A program made the translations under genes and the position numbers. The notes under the pieces are model-generated. The model did no database searches, was not told the origin of the DNA, and worked only from the letters and a program-made list of their open reading frames with translations. From Thermomicrobiales bacterium (GTDB lineage: Bacteria > Chloroflexota > Chloroflexia > Thermomicrobiales > UBA6265), in NCBI GenBank assembly GCA_035944555.1, contig DASZAY010000021.1:66415-130414 (forward strand): a stretch of 64,000 nucleotides of DNA, read 5' to 3'. Numbering within the stretch: the first letter of the stretch is position 1; every line of letters starts with the position of its first letter. Of this stretch, positions 8,700 to 18,053 are shown piece after piece.

Positions 8700-10145
8700 A
8701 TGATTGTCCTGAAGTTCGGCGGCACGTCGGTGCAGAATGCGGAACGGGTCCGGGAATCGGCCCGGATTGCGGCGGCCCAGCCTTCGCCCCGTGTCGTGGT
8801 CGTTTCCGCGGCGTCGGGTGTCACCAATCTCCTGCTGGAAGCGGCACGGGGAGCGGGCGACGGCTCAGCCCGAACCATGAACCGGGCTGTTGAGCGCATC
8901 CATGCCATCCACGCCGAGATCATCGATGGCCTGTCCAATCCGCGGGAGCAGTCCGCCGCCCGGACCTCGATCGACACCCTGCACGGCCAGTTGGACGCCG
9001 TGCTTGCCGAAGTCGCCGCCGCTGGCGAGCTGTCCAGCCGGCATTCCGACCGGGTGGTGTCGTTCGGCGAGAAGTCAATGAGCGTGCTGATGGCCGCCAC
9101 GCTCCGTGACCGGGGAACTGCCGCCGCCCACGTCTTCGCCGACACGGTCGTCGGGACCGACGACCGCTTCGGCAGCGCCCGTCTGGATCGTGCCCGCACT
9201 CGCGCCAACGCCCAGGCGCTGATCCGCCCGCTCTGTGCGGAGGGCAAGACGGTCGTCGTCACCGGGTTCATCGGCCATGCGCCCGACGGCTCGACTACGA
9301 CGCTCGGACGAGGAGGCTCCGATTACAGCGCCACGATCCTCGGTGCGGCCCTCGACGCCGACGAGGTTCAGATCTGGACGGATGTCCCCGGGGTGTTGAG
9401 CGCCGACCCCCGCAAGGTCGCCGGCGCCCGCGTCGTGCCCCAGATCAGCTACGACGAGGCGCAGGAGTTGGCCCACTTCGGCGCCAAGGTCCTGCATCCC
9501 CGCACGATCCGTCCGGCCGTCGCCCGCGACATCCCGGTGCGGATCCTCTCGACATACGCGGCCACCGAACCCGGCACGGTCGTCACGAGGGAGCCACTCG
9601 GCGGTGGCATCAAGGCGGTCACGGCGTTGAGTGGATTGCTCCTGCTGACCATTGACGTGCAGGAGATCGAGGACCTGGCCGGAGCGGCGGCCGGAGTCTT
9701 CGGGACGCTCCACGCCGACGGGGCCGAGGTGGCCTTCGCCGCCCAGGCGTCGTCACGTCGGCGGATGACGTACCTCGTCGACGAGGTCACGGGCGGCTGT
9801 GAGCGGCTCAAGGCCCGGATCCAGTCCGTGGTCGAGGAGTTCGAGGCGGAGGTGAACTGCACCGACAACGTCGCGCTCATCGCCGTGGTCGGCGCCGGAG
9901 CGGCCGGTCATCCCGCGACCGTCAGCCGCATGCTCAAGACGCTGGAGCGGGAGGGCATCCCGGTCCTTGCAATGAACCAGCAGGACGCCAACGTGGCGCT
10001 GGTTGCGGCCGTACCCGAACCGCTCGCCCAGCAGGCGACGCTGACCCTGCACCGTGAGCTGGTCGAATCGTCGCTGCCGACTACCCCGCCGGCCCGGCGG
10101 CGGCGGCGAGCTTCGCTGCTCGACGAGCCGATTCGGGTCGGCTGA
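8700..10145 (+). CDS. lysC: Aspartate kinase
   Basis: N-terminal MIVLKFGGTSV kinase motif and a C-terminal ACT-like regulatory region. An AGGGGA SD lies 9 nt upstream of ATG 8700; the track's TTG 8691 is less likely. The asd gene follows. Confidence 0.9.
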   Translation: MIVLKFGGTSVQNAERVRESARIAAAQPSPRVVVVSAASGVTNLLLEAARGAGDGSARTMNRAVERIHAIHAEIIDGLSNPREQSAARTSIDTLHGQLDAVLAEVAAAGELSSRHSDRVVSFGEKSMSVLMAATLRDRGTAAAHVFADTVVGTDDRFGSARLDRARTRANAQALIRPLCAEGKTVVVTGFIGHAPDGSTTTLGRGGSDYSATILGAALDADEVQIWTDVPGVLSADPRKVAGARVVPQISYDEAQELAHFGAKVLHPRTIRPAVARDIPVRILSTYAATEPGTVVTREPLGGGIKAVTALSGLLLLTIDVQEIEDLAGAAAGVFGTLHADGAEVAFAAQASSRRRMTYLVDEVTGGCERLKARIQSVVEEFEAEVNCTDNVALIAVVGAGAAGHPATVSRMLKTLEREGIPVLAMNQQDANVALVAAVPEPLAQQATLTLHRELVESSLPTTPPARRRRRASLLDEPIRVG

Positions 10146-10210
10146 CCGTTGGCTTTCTCGACACCTGACCATTTGACCGGGACTCACCGGCACCCAAGGA
10201 GCGATCTCAC

Positions 10211-11269
10211 ATGACGGATCAGCGAATTCCCTGCGCGGTTCTCGGCGCGACCGGCAATGTCGGCCAGCGGTTCATCCAGTTGCTCGAGCGGCACCCCTGG
10301 TTCCGCCCGGCCGAACTCGTCGCCTCCGAGCGCAGTGCCGGACGGCCGTTTCGGGAGGCAGCTACCTGGCGCGTCGACGCCGAGATGCCGGAGAGCGTCC
10401 GCGACTTGACCGTCCGGGGCTACGACGACCAGCTCGACAGTCCCGTCGTGTTCTCCGCCCTGCCTGGCGAGACCGCCGGTGAAATCGAGCAGCGGATGGC
10501 TCGCGAAGGACGCGCGGTCCTGACCAACACCAGCACCCACCGGGCGGACCCCGACGTTCCTTTGATGATTGCGGAGGTCAACCCGGAACATGTTGCGGCA
10601 ATCCCCATCCAGCAGGCGAGACGTGACTGGTCCGGTTTTATCGTCGCCAACGCCAACTGCTCGGCGATCCACCTGACGCTTGCCCTCAAGCCCCTGCATG
10701 CCGCGTTCGGTATCGATTCGGTCATGGTCACGACGCTCCAGGCCATCTCCGGCGCGGGCTACCCGGGCGTCCCGTCGATGGATATCGTGGACAACGTGGT
10801 CCCGTATATCGGTAACGAGGAAGAGAAGCTGGAGACAGAGCCTCTCAAGATGCTGGGGCAGTGGCGAGATGGCGCGTTCCATGATGCCGACTTCCGGCTG
10901 AGTACGACCTGCACCCGCGTGGCCGTCCGGGACGGGCATACCGAGAGCGTCAACATCCGCCTGCGGATGGATGCATCGCCATCAGATGTCGCCGACGCCA
11001 TGACCCGCTTCCAGGCGGCGCCGCAACTGCTCGAGCTGCCTTCGGCACCCAGGCGGCCGATCGTCGTCCGCAACGAGGTCAACCGGCCGCAGCCCCTGCT
11101 CGACCGCGAGACCGAGCGCGGGATGGCGTCCGTCGTCGGTCGGATCCGACCATGTCCGCTGATGGGGGTCAAGTTCGTGGTCCTGGGACACAACACGATC
11201 CGCGGAGCGGCTGGTGCGAGCATCCTCAACGCGGAACTGCTCAAGGCGCAGGATCTTCTCCCGTCCTGA
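10211..11269 (+). CDS. asd: Aspartate-semialdehyde dehydrogenase
   Basis: NAD(P) motif LGATGNVGQ and the active-site Cys context ANANCSAIHL. An AAGGAG SD lies upstream. It sits directly downstream of lysC. Confidence 0.9.
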   Translation: MTDQRIPCAVLGATGNVGQRFIQLLERHPWFRPAELVASERSAGRPFREAATWRVDAEMPESVRDLTVRGYDDQLDSPVVFSALPGETAGEIEQRMAREGRAVLTNTSTHRADPDVPLMIAEVNPEHVAAIPIQQARRDWSGFIVANANCSAIHLTLALKPLHAAFGIDSVMVTTLQAISGAGYPGVPSMDIVDNVVPYIGNEEEKLETEPLKMLGQWRDGAFHDADFRLSTTCTRVAVRDGHTESVNIRLRMDASPSDVADAMTRFQAAPQLLELPSAPRRPIVVRNEVNRPQPLLDRETERGMASVVGRIRPCPLMGVKFVVLGHNTIRGAAGASILNAELLKAQDLLPS

Positions 11270-11349
11270 TCAGTCGAGGGCAACGACCGGGTCGTATTGC
11301 TTCGCGGCGGCCGCCCCCGTTCCTGGTGAACGCCCGGCCGCAGTGAAGC

Positions 11350-11404
11350 AACCTGGTTATTACGGCACGCGAACCATCACCTGTCATGGGCATGTAACTG
11401 GTTA
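11350..11404. promoter_or_regulatory. Two short inverted repeats in the AT-rich marR upstream region (candidate operators)
   Basis: AACCTGGTT (11350-11358) is palindromic about its central T. TAACTGGTTA (11395-11404) has the form TAAC-NN-GTTA. Both share the core AAC(C)TGGTTAT. Confidence 0.3.
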
Positions 11405-11479
11405 TATTTCGGAAATCCTGTACCATTCGGAGCAATACTGTTTAAGTGGTCAGCCCCCCATGACCCGAGGCACATTCCC

Positions 11480-11998
11480 ATGGCGTACGATTTCCAGACC
11501 ATTGACCCCGACACCGACATGTCTGAATTCAATCTGCCGCCGGAGGACGGCAAGCGGATCGAGCTGGCGCTCCACGCCCTTCCGGATCTCTGGCAGGCGT
11601 ACCAGCGGCGACTCCTCAAGCAGCAATACTTCAAGGGCGTCACGTCGGGTCAGGTCCGGCTCCTGACGGTGCTGTTGCACAACGCGCCATGCTCGGTCGG
11701 GACGGTCGCGTCTGCCCTGAACATCTCCATGGGAGCGGCAAGCGAGAGCATCGACAAGCTCGTCGACCTCGGCTACATCAGCCGTGAGCATAGCCGCATT
11801 GATCGTCGCCAGGTCATCCTCGACCTCACCGACGAGGCCCGGGAAATCGCCGCACACGTCCGGCGCATCCGCATCTCGCATATCGCGGCCGTCTTCGAGC
11901 AGCTCTCCCCCGCCGAACGCGACGGGTTCGTCAAAGGCATGATGCTCTACCGGGACGTGCTCTCAAATGCGTCGGAACAGCCCGGCGGGACCGAATGA
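11480..11998 (+). CDS. MarR family transcriptional regulator
   Basis: The winged-helix region GTVASALNISMGAASESIDKLVDLGYISREHSRIDRRQVILDLT is typical of MarR. Confidence 0.8.
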   Translation: MAYDFQTIDPDTDMSEFNLPPEDGKRIELALHALPDLWQAYQRRLLKQQYFKGVTSGQVRLLTVLLHNAPCSVGTVASALNISMGAASESIDKLVDLGYISREHSRIDRRQVILDLTDEAREIAAHVRRIRISHIAAVFEQLSPAERDGFVKGMMLYRDVLSNASEQPGGTE

Positions 11999-12055
11999 GA
12001 CCCAGCACCTGATCTGACTCGCACAAGGCGTTGGGTGATGGCGGTCCTTGCGACG

Positions 12056-13234
12056 TTACCGGCCGCCGACTGTCCGCTGCCGGACCTGCGCCGAGCGTTC
12101 GATCCCCGTCCGCAGTTGCGACCGTAGCCGCATGTTCTCGACGATCATCTCCCGCGAGAGCACACCGACCGGCCGGCCATCAGCACCCACCACAGGCAAC
12201 TGAGACACGCCCGTCTCGGCCATCCGTTGGAGCGCGTCAAGGATCGGCGTGGTCCGGTCGATGGTGTGGACGCGCGACCACGGGACCATGACCTGCCCTG
12301 CCGGGACCCAGTCCCACCGCTCGCGCGGGATCTTGACGATGTCGGACAGACTGAGGACGCCAATCGGCGACTGGCCGTCGGTAACGACGAAGAAGCGCTC
12401 CCCCATCCCGAGGACGCGTTCGTCGACGATCTGCCGGAGCATGTGCCGGCTCATCACCATCCTGATGTGATCGTCCATCGCCTGCTGGGCCGTCACGCCG
12501 CCGAGCAGGCTATTCATGCCCGATTGCGCCCCGGTAATCCCGGCACTGTTCTGGATGAACCAGCCGATCGCGAGCAACCAGACACCGCTGAGGAACTGCC
12601 CGGTCAGGATCAGGAAGATGGCGACGCCGAAGAAGCCGAAGCCGACGAGTTGCCCGCTCTGGGCGGCGCGGAGGTCAGCTCGCTCCTTGCTTCCGGTCCG
12701 CTGCCAGACGATCGCCCGCAGGATCCGGCCGCCATCGAGCGGAAAGCCCGGAATGAGATTGAAGACGGCGAGCAGCAGATTGACGACGCCCAGATAGAGC
12801 AGCGGCGCCTGGACGACCGACAGATCCGCCGCCGCGGCGATCAGGCCGGCGACGAAGAAGATGAAGGAGAGGACGAAGCTGACGATCGGGCCTGCCGCCG
12901 CGATGCGCAACTCCGCGCGAGCGTTGTCGGTATCCTGCGCCAGCTCGGCGACACCGCCGAACACGAGCAGGGTGATCCGCCGGACCTCGACACCCAGGCG
13001 CTGGGCGACCAAGGCGTGTCCCAGCTCATGGGCGAGGACGGAGAGGATGAACAGCGCCGCGGTGACTGCCCCGATCAGCCATTGGGTCCCCGGGTTGAGC
13101 TCCGGGAACGCATCCGGCGAGAACCCGGACGCGATCGACCAGGTCAGGAGCAGGAAGATGATCGCCAGGCTCCAGTGCAGGAAGATCGGGATTCCCCGGA
13201 ACGCGCCGAGACGAAACGCTGACCCAGTATTCAC
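12056..13234 (-). CDS. Site-2 protease family (M50) metalloprotease with C-terminal CBS pair
   Basis: HELGH zinc motif (LAHELGHALVA), multiple TM segments and a CBS-like C-terminus. GTG start with a GGAGAG SD. Confidence 0.8.
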   Translation of the reverse strand: MNTGSAFRLGAFRGIPIFLHWSLAIIFLLLTWSIASGFSPDAFPELNPGTQWLIGAVTAALFILSVLAHELGHALVAQRLGVEVRRITLLVFGGVAELAQDTDNARAELRIAAAGPIVSFVLSFIFFVAGLIAAAADLSVVQAPLLYLGVVNLLLAVFNLIPGFPLDGGRILRAIVWQRTGSKERADLRAAQSGQLVGFGFFGVAIFLILTGQFLSGVWLLAIGWFIQNSAGITGAQSGMNSLLGGVTAQQAMDDHIRMVMSRHMLRQIVDERVLGMGERFFVVTDGQSPIGVLSLSDIVKIPRERWDWVPAGQVMVPWSRVHTIDRTTPILDALQRMAETGVSQLPVVGADGRPVGVLSREMIVENMRLRSQLRTGIERSAQVRQRTVGGR

Positions 13235-13308
13235 ATGCTCTCCGTGGACGACGACGAATGCCCGCGATAGGGCCGGCGGGATCGACCGGCTGGTCGGCCA
13301 GGATGCGT

Positions 13309-14058
13309 CTAGTTCCGCTCCCCGGTTGCAGGGGGACGAATCTCGCGCACGACGCGGTCGGCGTCGACGATGTATGCCGCATGTGCGATGCCGAGGAACA
13401 ACCCATGTTCCACCACGCCAGTCGTAGCCTTGACTTCCCTGGCCGTGGCGGCCGGGTTAGCGAGACCACCGGCGTGGCAATCGAGAATGAGATTGTTGCT
13501 GTCGGTCCGGTACGCTGACCCGTTCTTTCCCGACCGCAACACCGGGGCGAGCCCCAGCGCGTCAAGTCGACGGGCCGTCGCCGCCCAACCCAGTGCCACA
13601 ACCTCGACCGGGACCGGCATCCGGCTCCCCAACCGGCTGACCAGCTTGGCCTCGCCCGCGATCAGAACGTATCGCTGGCAGGCCAGCGCGACCAGCTTCT
13701 CGAACAGCAACGCTCCGCCGCGGCCCTTGGTCGCGTGCAGGTGCGGGTCGATCTCGTCGGCGCCATCAAGCCCGACAGTGATCCGTTCTCCGGTTTCCAC
13801 CACGTCGTCGAGTGTCCGGAGCGGGATATCGAAGGACGCAGCGAGCTCCGCCGTCCGATGGCTGGTCGGAACGCCGGTGATCCGGAGTCCCTCTCCGGCC
13901 CGTCGCCCCAGCTCGCGCACCAGTGCTTCCGCCGTCGAACCCGAACCGAGACCGACGAGCATCCCGTCGTGGACTTCGTCGGCTGCGGCCCTGGCCAGCG
14001 CCAGCAAGGCAGGATCCTCGGGGGCCATCCGACCGGGCGCAACGGGACGGTCAGTCAC
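13309..14058 (-). CDS. rpiA: Ribose-5-phosphate isomerase A
   Basis: Motifs GLGSGSTAE, GLDGADEID and KGRGGALLFEK. It overlaps the pgl stop by 8 nt. Confidence 0.9.
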   Translation of the reverse strand: MTDRPVAPGRMAPEDPALLALARAAADEVHDGMLVGLGSGSTAEALVRELGRRAGEGLRITGVPTSHRTAELAASFDIPLRTLDDVVETGERITVGLDGADEIDPHLHATKGRGGALLFEKLVALACQRYVLIAGEAKLVSRLGSRMPVPVEVVALGWAATARRLDALGLAPVLRSGKNGSAYRTDSNNLILDCHAGGLANPAATAREVKATTGVVEHGLFLGIAHAAYIVDADRVVREIRPPATGERN

Positions 14059-14848
14059 CGGACGACTCGCCGTCGCGCGTCAGCCTCGCCGCAGCCGCGG
14101 CGTCGACCAGCCAGATCAGCTCTCCACCCTTGGGCCGGATCAGCTGAGCGGGCAGCCGATCGGTCTCGATCGGACCGTCAAGGACCTCGGCTAGCCGTTC
14201 CGCCTTGCCAGCCCCGCCGACGAGGAAGACGACACGCCGGGCGGCATTGACCAGCGGAGCGGTCATGGTCAGTCTGACGGTATCGAGCTTCTCGACCGGG
14301 TTCGCCACGACGAGCCGCTCGGTTTCAGCGAGCGCTGAGGTGCCGGGGAACAGCGATAGCGTGTGCCCGTCATCGCCCATCCCCAGAAACACCAGATCGA
14401 AGCTGGGCATGCCGTCCGTCTCGCCGAATACGGTCCTGATCTGAGTGGCGTACATCTCGGCCGCCAGTCCCACGTCTCCAACCGTTGTCGGGAACGGGTT
14501 GATGCGGGCCGGGTCGGCATCGACCTTGTCAAGCAGAATCCGCCGGGCCTCGCCCGCGTTGCTTTCAGGACTTTCCTCTGGCACGTAGCGCTCGTCACCC
14601 CAGAAGAACTCGATGTTTCGCCAGTCGATGGTGTCCCGGTACGGTGGTTCGGCCAGCAACTGGCCCATGCGCTTCGGTGTCGAGCCACCCGAGAGCGCGA
14701 TGAACGCATGACCACGCGCGTTGGCAGCGGATTCAGCGAACACGTCCGCCGCGGCACGGGCAAGCGCCTCGCCGTCCGGGTAAACGCGTACTATCCCGCG
14801 CTCCCCGTAGTCGATCGTCGCCTGAGGTCCTGTCTGCGCGTCGCTCAC
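14051..14848 (-). CDS. pgl: 6-phosphogluconolactonase
   Basis: Motifs ALSGGSTPK and DLVFLGMGDDGHTLSLFPG. It shows a 4-nt overlap with opcA. Confidence 0.9.
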   Translation of the reverse strand: MSDAQTGPQATIDYGERGIVRVYPDGEALARAAADVFAESAANARGHAFIALSGGSTPKRMGQLLAEPPYRDTIDWRNIEFFWGDERYVPEESPESNAGEARRILLDKVDADPARINPFPTTVGDVGLAAEMYATQIRTVFGETDGMPSFDLVFLGMGDDGHTLSLFPGTSALAETERLVVANPVEKLDTVRLTMTAPLVNAARRVVFLVGGAGKAERLAEVLDGPIETDRLPAQLIRPKGGELIWLVDAAAAARLTRDGESSGD

Positions 14849-16146
14849 CGTCGCCCCTCCATGGTTGATCCGACTCGCTGATTCGCGTGCTGATACTCCA
14901 GGATGCCAGCCACGGCCGACAGCGCCGACTCGGCAACGACATCCTGGCCGCCAACGCTGAATGCTTCTCTCAGCAGGACCTGATCGCCGACCGGCAGCAT
15001 CATGACATGACGGGACAGACCTGGCCCGCCCTTCACATCGGATGTCGTCATGAGATGGAACGCGTCGACCTGTTCGACAACGTAATGCCCATGGGCCGGA
15101 CCGCCAGTGCTGATCTCAACACGACGGATACCAGTCGGCGTGGCGTCGCCCTCCTGGGGTCGCAGGTGGACCACGACGCCCTGCTGGTACACCGGTGCTT
15201 CGAGGTCGAACCGGAGCCCGTTCGAGGTCCGGGTCGGGCGATCCGCTATCCGCCATCCCAGGCGGGACGACAGCCAGCCGAGGAGAAGCAGGGCGGCCGA
15301 CTGGCCGGACGGCATCCCTTCGGCGCTGCCCGTCGGATCGTACGTCATCGTCACGTCGGAGATCGTGTGGACCGCGTCGGGCGTAGGCGGAACATCGAAG
15401 AACTGGGCGACAAGACCCCGCCAGATCGCCGTGCGAAGCCACGTCAGGTCGGTACTCGCCCCCTGGCGCCGACTGATCTGTCCAACGATCGGTTCGAGCT
15501 CAGCCAGGCTCCGGTAGACGTCGCCGAACAGCGCCGAGTCGTAAACGACCTGGTCGCTGCCACCCACGAGATCGCGGAACACCCCGAGGTCGTACTGGAT
15601 GTCACCGTTCCACCAGAGGACGGTCGACAGATCCGGCACACACAGCGGGAAGGCAGTCGACGCCGCGCTCCCGATCGCCCGCGGTCCGCCGATGATGGCG
15701 ACGGACTCGAAGTGTTCCTGGCGCCTGGAGGGTGTCTCGGCACGGGGCAATGCAACCCGAACGGTCAGGCCACCACCGTCGGGCAATTCCGCCGGGGATC
15801 GCCGATCAAGCATCGGGTCCGAGTAGAGGGCCACGACACGTGTCGGGAAGTTTGATCCCGTTCCGCTGACGATGTCGGCCGAGCGGGCAGCACGACTCGC
15901 AGTCCGCGCACAGACAAGCAGGTTGTAGGTATTGGTGCGGGCGAACATGCCCGGGACATCCGTCTCGTCGTTTGGCTCAACGATCTTGCCGAGACGCCGG
16001 GGTTTTGGCACTTCCAGTCGCTGCCAGAGGGCGTTGAGGCGACGGTTGACCTCATCGACTCCGACTGAATTGGTCTGCCAGGCATCGGCGATAGCCACGT
16101 GATCGGACCCGATCAGCGGCAGTTCCATGTCGTGTGCGGGATCCAT
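14845..16146 (-). CDS. opcA: Glucose-6-phosphate dehydrogenase assembly protein OpcA
   Basis: It sits immediately downstream of zwf. OpcA-like segments are present (NRRLNALWQ, RTNTYNLLVCA, FPTRVVAL). Confidence 0.7.
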   Translation of the reverse strand: MDPAHDMELPLIGSDHVAIADAWQTNSVGVDEVNRRLNALWQRLEVPKPRRLGKIVEPNDETDVPGMFARTNTYNLLVCARTASRAARSADIVSGTGSNFPTRVVALYSDPMLDRRSPAELPDGGGLTVRVALPRAETPSRRQEHFESVAIIGGPRAIGSAASTAFPLCVPDLSTVLWWNGDIQYDLGVFRDLVGGSDQVVYDSALFGDVYRSLAELEPIVGQISRRQGASTDLTWLRTAIWRGLVAQFFDVPPTPDAVHTISDVTMTYDPTGSAEGMPSGQSAALLLLGWLSSRLGWRIADRPTRTSNGLRFDLEAPVYQQGVVVHLRPQEGDATPTGIRRVEISTGGPAHGHYVVEQVDAFHLMTTSDVKGGPGLSRHVMMLPVGDQVLLREAFSVGGQDVVAESALSAVAGILEYQHANQRVGSTMEGRR

Positions 16147-16233
16147 GTTGTGTCCTGTTACCGGGGAAGGGAAATCGGCACGGGACGGCGGGCACCAGGG
16201 CGCCGCCGTCCTGCCATGATCTGAGTAGGGTGT

Positions 16234-17865
16234 CTACGGTCGGCGCCACTGGTAGCCATCATCACGGAGCATCTGGTCCGCTTCGGCCGGTCCCCAGGTC
16301 CCGGATTCATAGGTCCGGGTCGGCGACTTGCCCTCGGCCCACCCGTCCAGGATCGGCTGCATCAGCGTCCAGGCGGTCTCGACCTCGTCGCGACGCTGGA
16401 ACAGGGTCGGGTCCCCGAGCATCGCGTCCAGCAGCAGGCGCTCGTATGCATCGGGGCTCGCCTCACCAAAGGTGGACCCGTAGTAGAAATCCATCGGGAC
16501 GTTCCGCAGCCGGTTGCTCGGGCCCGGCACCTTGGCGGCGAACCGGAGGGCGATTCCCTCATCCGGCTGGATGCGCATGGTGATGACGTTGCTGTCCGGG
16601 GCGCTGTCGCCGAGATTCCGGAACATGAGGTGCGGAACCTTCTTGAATGTGATGGCGATCTCGGTGACGCGACGCGGCATCCGCTTGCCGGTCCGAAGGT
16701 AGAACGGCACGTCCGCCCAGCGCCAGTTGTCGATCTCGAGCTTCAGGGCGGCGAAGGTCTCGGTCTGGGAGCCTTCCTTCACCCCCTTCTCGCCGATGTA
16801 GCCGTCAACCGGCTTGCCGCCGGCAAAGCCCGCCCCGTACTGACCCCGGACCGTCCGCGTCTCCACGGTCGAACCCTGTGGCGGGACGATCGCGCGCAAG
16901 ACCTTGACCTTCTCGTCACGGACCGCGTCGCCGTCGAACACCGCGGGTGGCTCCATCGCGACGACGGTCAGCAGCTGAAGCAGGTGGCTCTGGACCATGT
17001 CCCGGAGGGCGCCGGAGTCGTCGTAGTAACCGCCTCGTCCTTCGACGCCGATCGCCTCCGCCGCGGTGATCTGGACCTGCTCGACGTAGGAGCGACTGAA
17101 GATCGGCTCGAACAGGATGTTGGCGAACCGGAAGGCCATGACGTTCTGGACCGTCTCCTTCCCGAGATAGTGGTCGATCCGGTAGATCTGCTCCTCGGAG
17201 AAGACCGACGCCATCTCCTGGATCAGGGTCCGCGCGGATTCGACATCGTGGCCGAACGGCTTTTCGACCACGACCCGGTTCCAGCTGGCGCCCTCGTCAC
17301 CGTAGATCTCGCGGCGTTCGGCGATACCGGACTCGCCGAGATTCCGGACGATATCCGGGAAGGCGTTCGGAGAGGTCGCGAGGTAGAACAGCCGATTGCC
17401 CTGCGTCCGGCGCTCGGCGTCGATCGCATTGAGCCTGGCGCTCAGGTCGGTGTAGGTCTGCTCGGTGGCGAAGTCACCCTGGACGTAGAACAGGCCTTCG
17501 CTGAACTGCTTCCAGGCCTGATCGGTGACGGGAGTACGGGCTCCACGGACGACCGCGGCACGCATCTCTTCCCGGAAACTCTCGTCGGTCCAGTCGCGGC
17601 GAGCCACGCCGACGATTGCAAACCCCTCCGGGAGGGGATGCCCGACGGCGAGATCGTAGAGGGACGGCATGAGCTTCCGGGCCGTAAGGTCGCCGGTCAC
17701 CCCGAAGATGACCATCACGCACGGATCCGGGACCCGGGATCCGGTCTGGCCTGCCCTCAATGGGTTGTCGATGGGAGAGGAGTCGTCGAACAGCGTACGG
17801 CCCTGATCGCCGTCCGCCGGGCCGAGGTCCGGTCGACCACGGGTGGGTGCCTGGATGCTGGTCAT
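16234..17865 (-). CDS. zwf: Glucose-6-phosphate 1-dehydrogenase
   Basis: NADP motif FGVTGDLTARKL and active-site motif RIDHYLGKE. Confidence 0.95.
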   Translation of the reverse strand: MTSIQAPTRGRPDLGPADGDQGRTLFDDSSPIDNPLRAGQTGSRVPDPCVMVIFGVTGDLTARKLMPSLYDLAVGHPLPEGFAIVGVARRDWTDESFREEMRAAVVRGARTPVTDQAWKQFSEGLFYVQGDFATEQTYTDLSARLNAIDAERRTQGNRLFYLATSPNAFPDIVRNLGESGIAERREIYGDEGASWNRVVVEKPFGHDVESARTLIQEMASVFSEEQIYRIDHYLGKETVQNVMAFRFANILFEPIFSRSYVEQVQITAAEAIGVEGRGGYYDDSGALRDMVQSHLLQLLTVVAMEPPAVFDGDAVRDEKVKVLRAIVPPQGSTVETRTVRGQYGAGFAGGKPVDGYIGEKGVKEGSQTETFAALKLEIDNWRWADVPFYLRTGKRMPRRVTEIAITFKKVPHLMFRNLGDSAPDSNVITMRIQPDEGIALRFAAKVPGPSNRLRNVPMDFYYGSTFGEASPDAYERLLLDAMLGDPTLFQRRDEVETAWTLMQPILDGWAEGKSPTRTYESGTWGPAEADQMLRDDGYQWRRP

Positions 17866-18012
17866 GTGCTTACCCTTGGGCGTGAGCGGACGATTGGAGG
17901 CGCCGGCGGGCCGCGATCGTCAGAGCAGACGCGGCGCCGGGCACGAATCGGTTTCGGATATCGAAGTGAAAAAGGTACATGGCCAGAGGCGAGGCTGCCA
18001 GCTCACCCGAAA

Positions 18013-18049
18013 GGTGAAGCGGCCGTGCTGAACGCACGGCCGCTTCACC
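18013..18049 (-). terminator. Strong hairpin between gnd and zwf (partial terminator or processing site)
   Basis: Perfect 16-bp stem GGTGAAGCGGCCGTGC/GCACGGCCGCTTCACC with a 5-nt loop, 4 nt after the gnd stop. Only TTTC follows on the minus strand. Confidence 0.5.
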
Positions 18050-18053
18050 GGGA

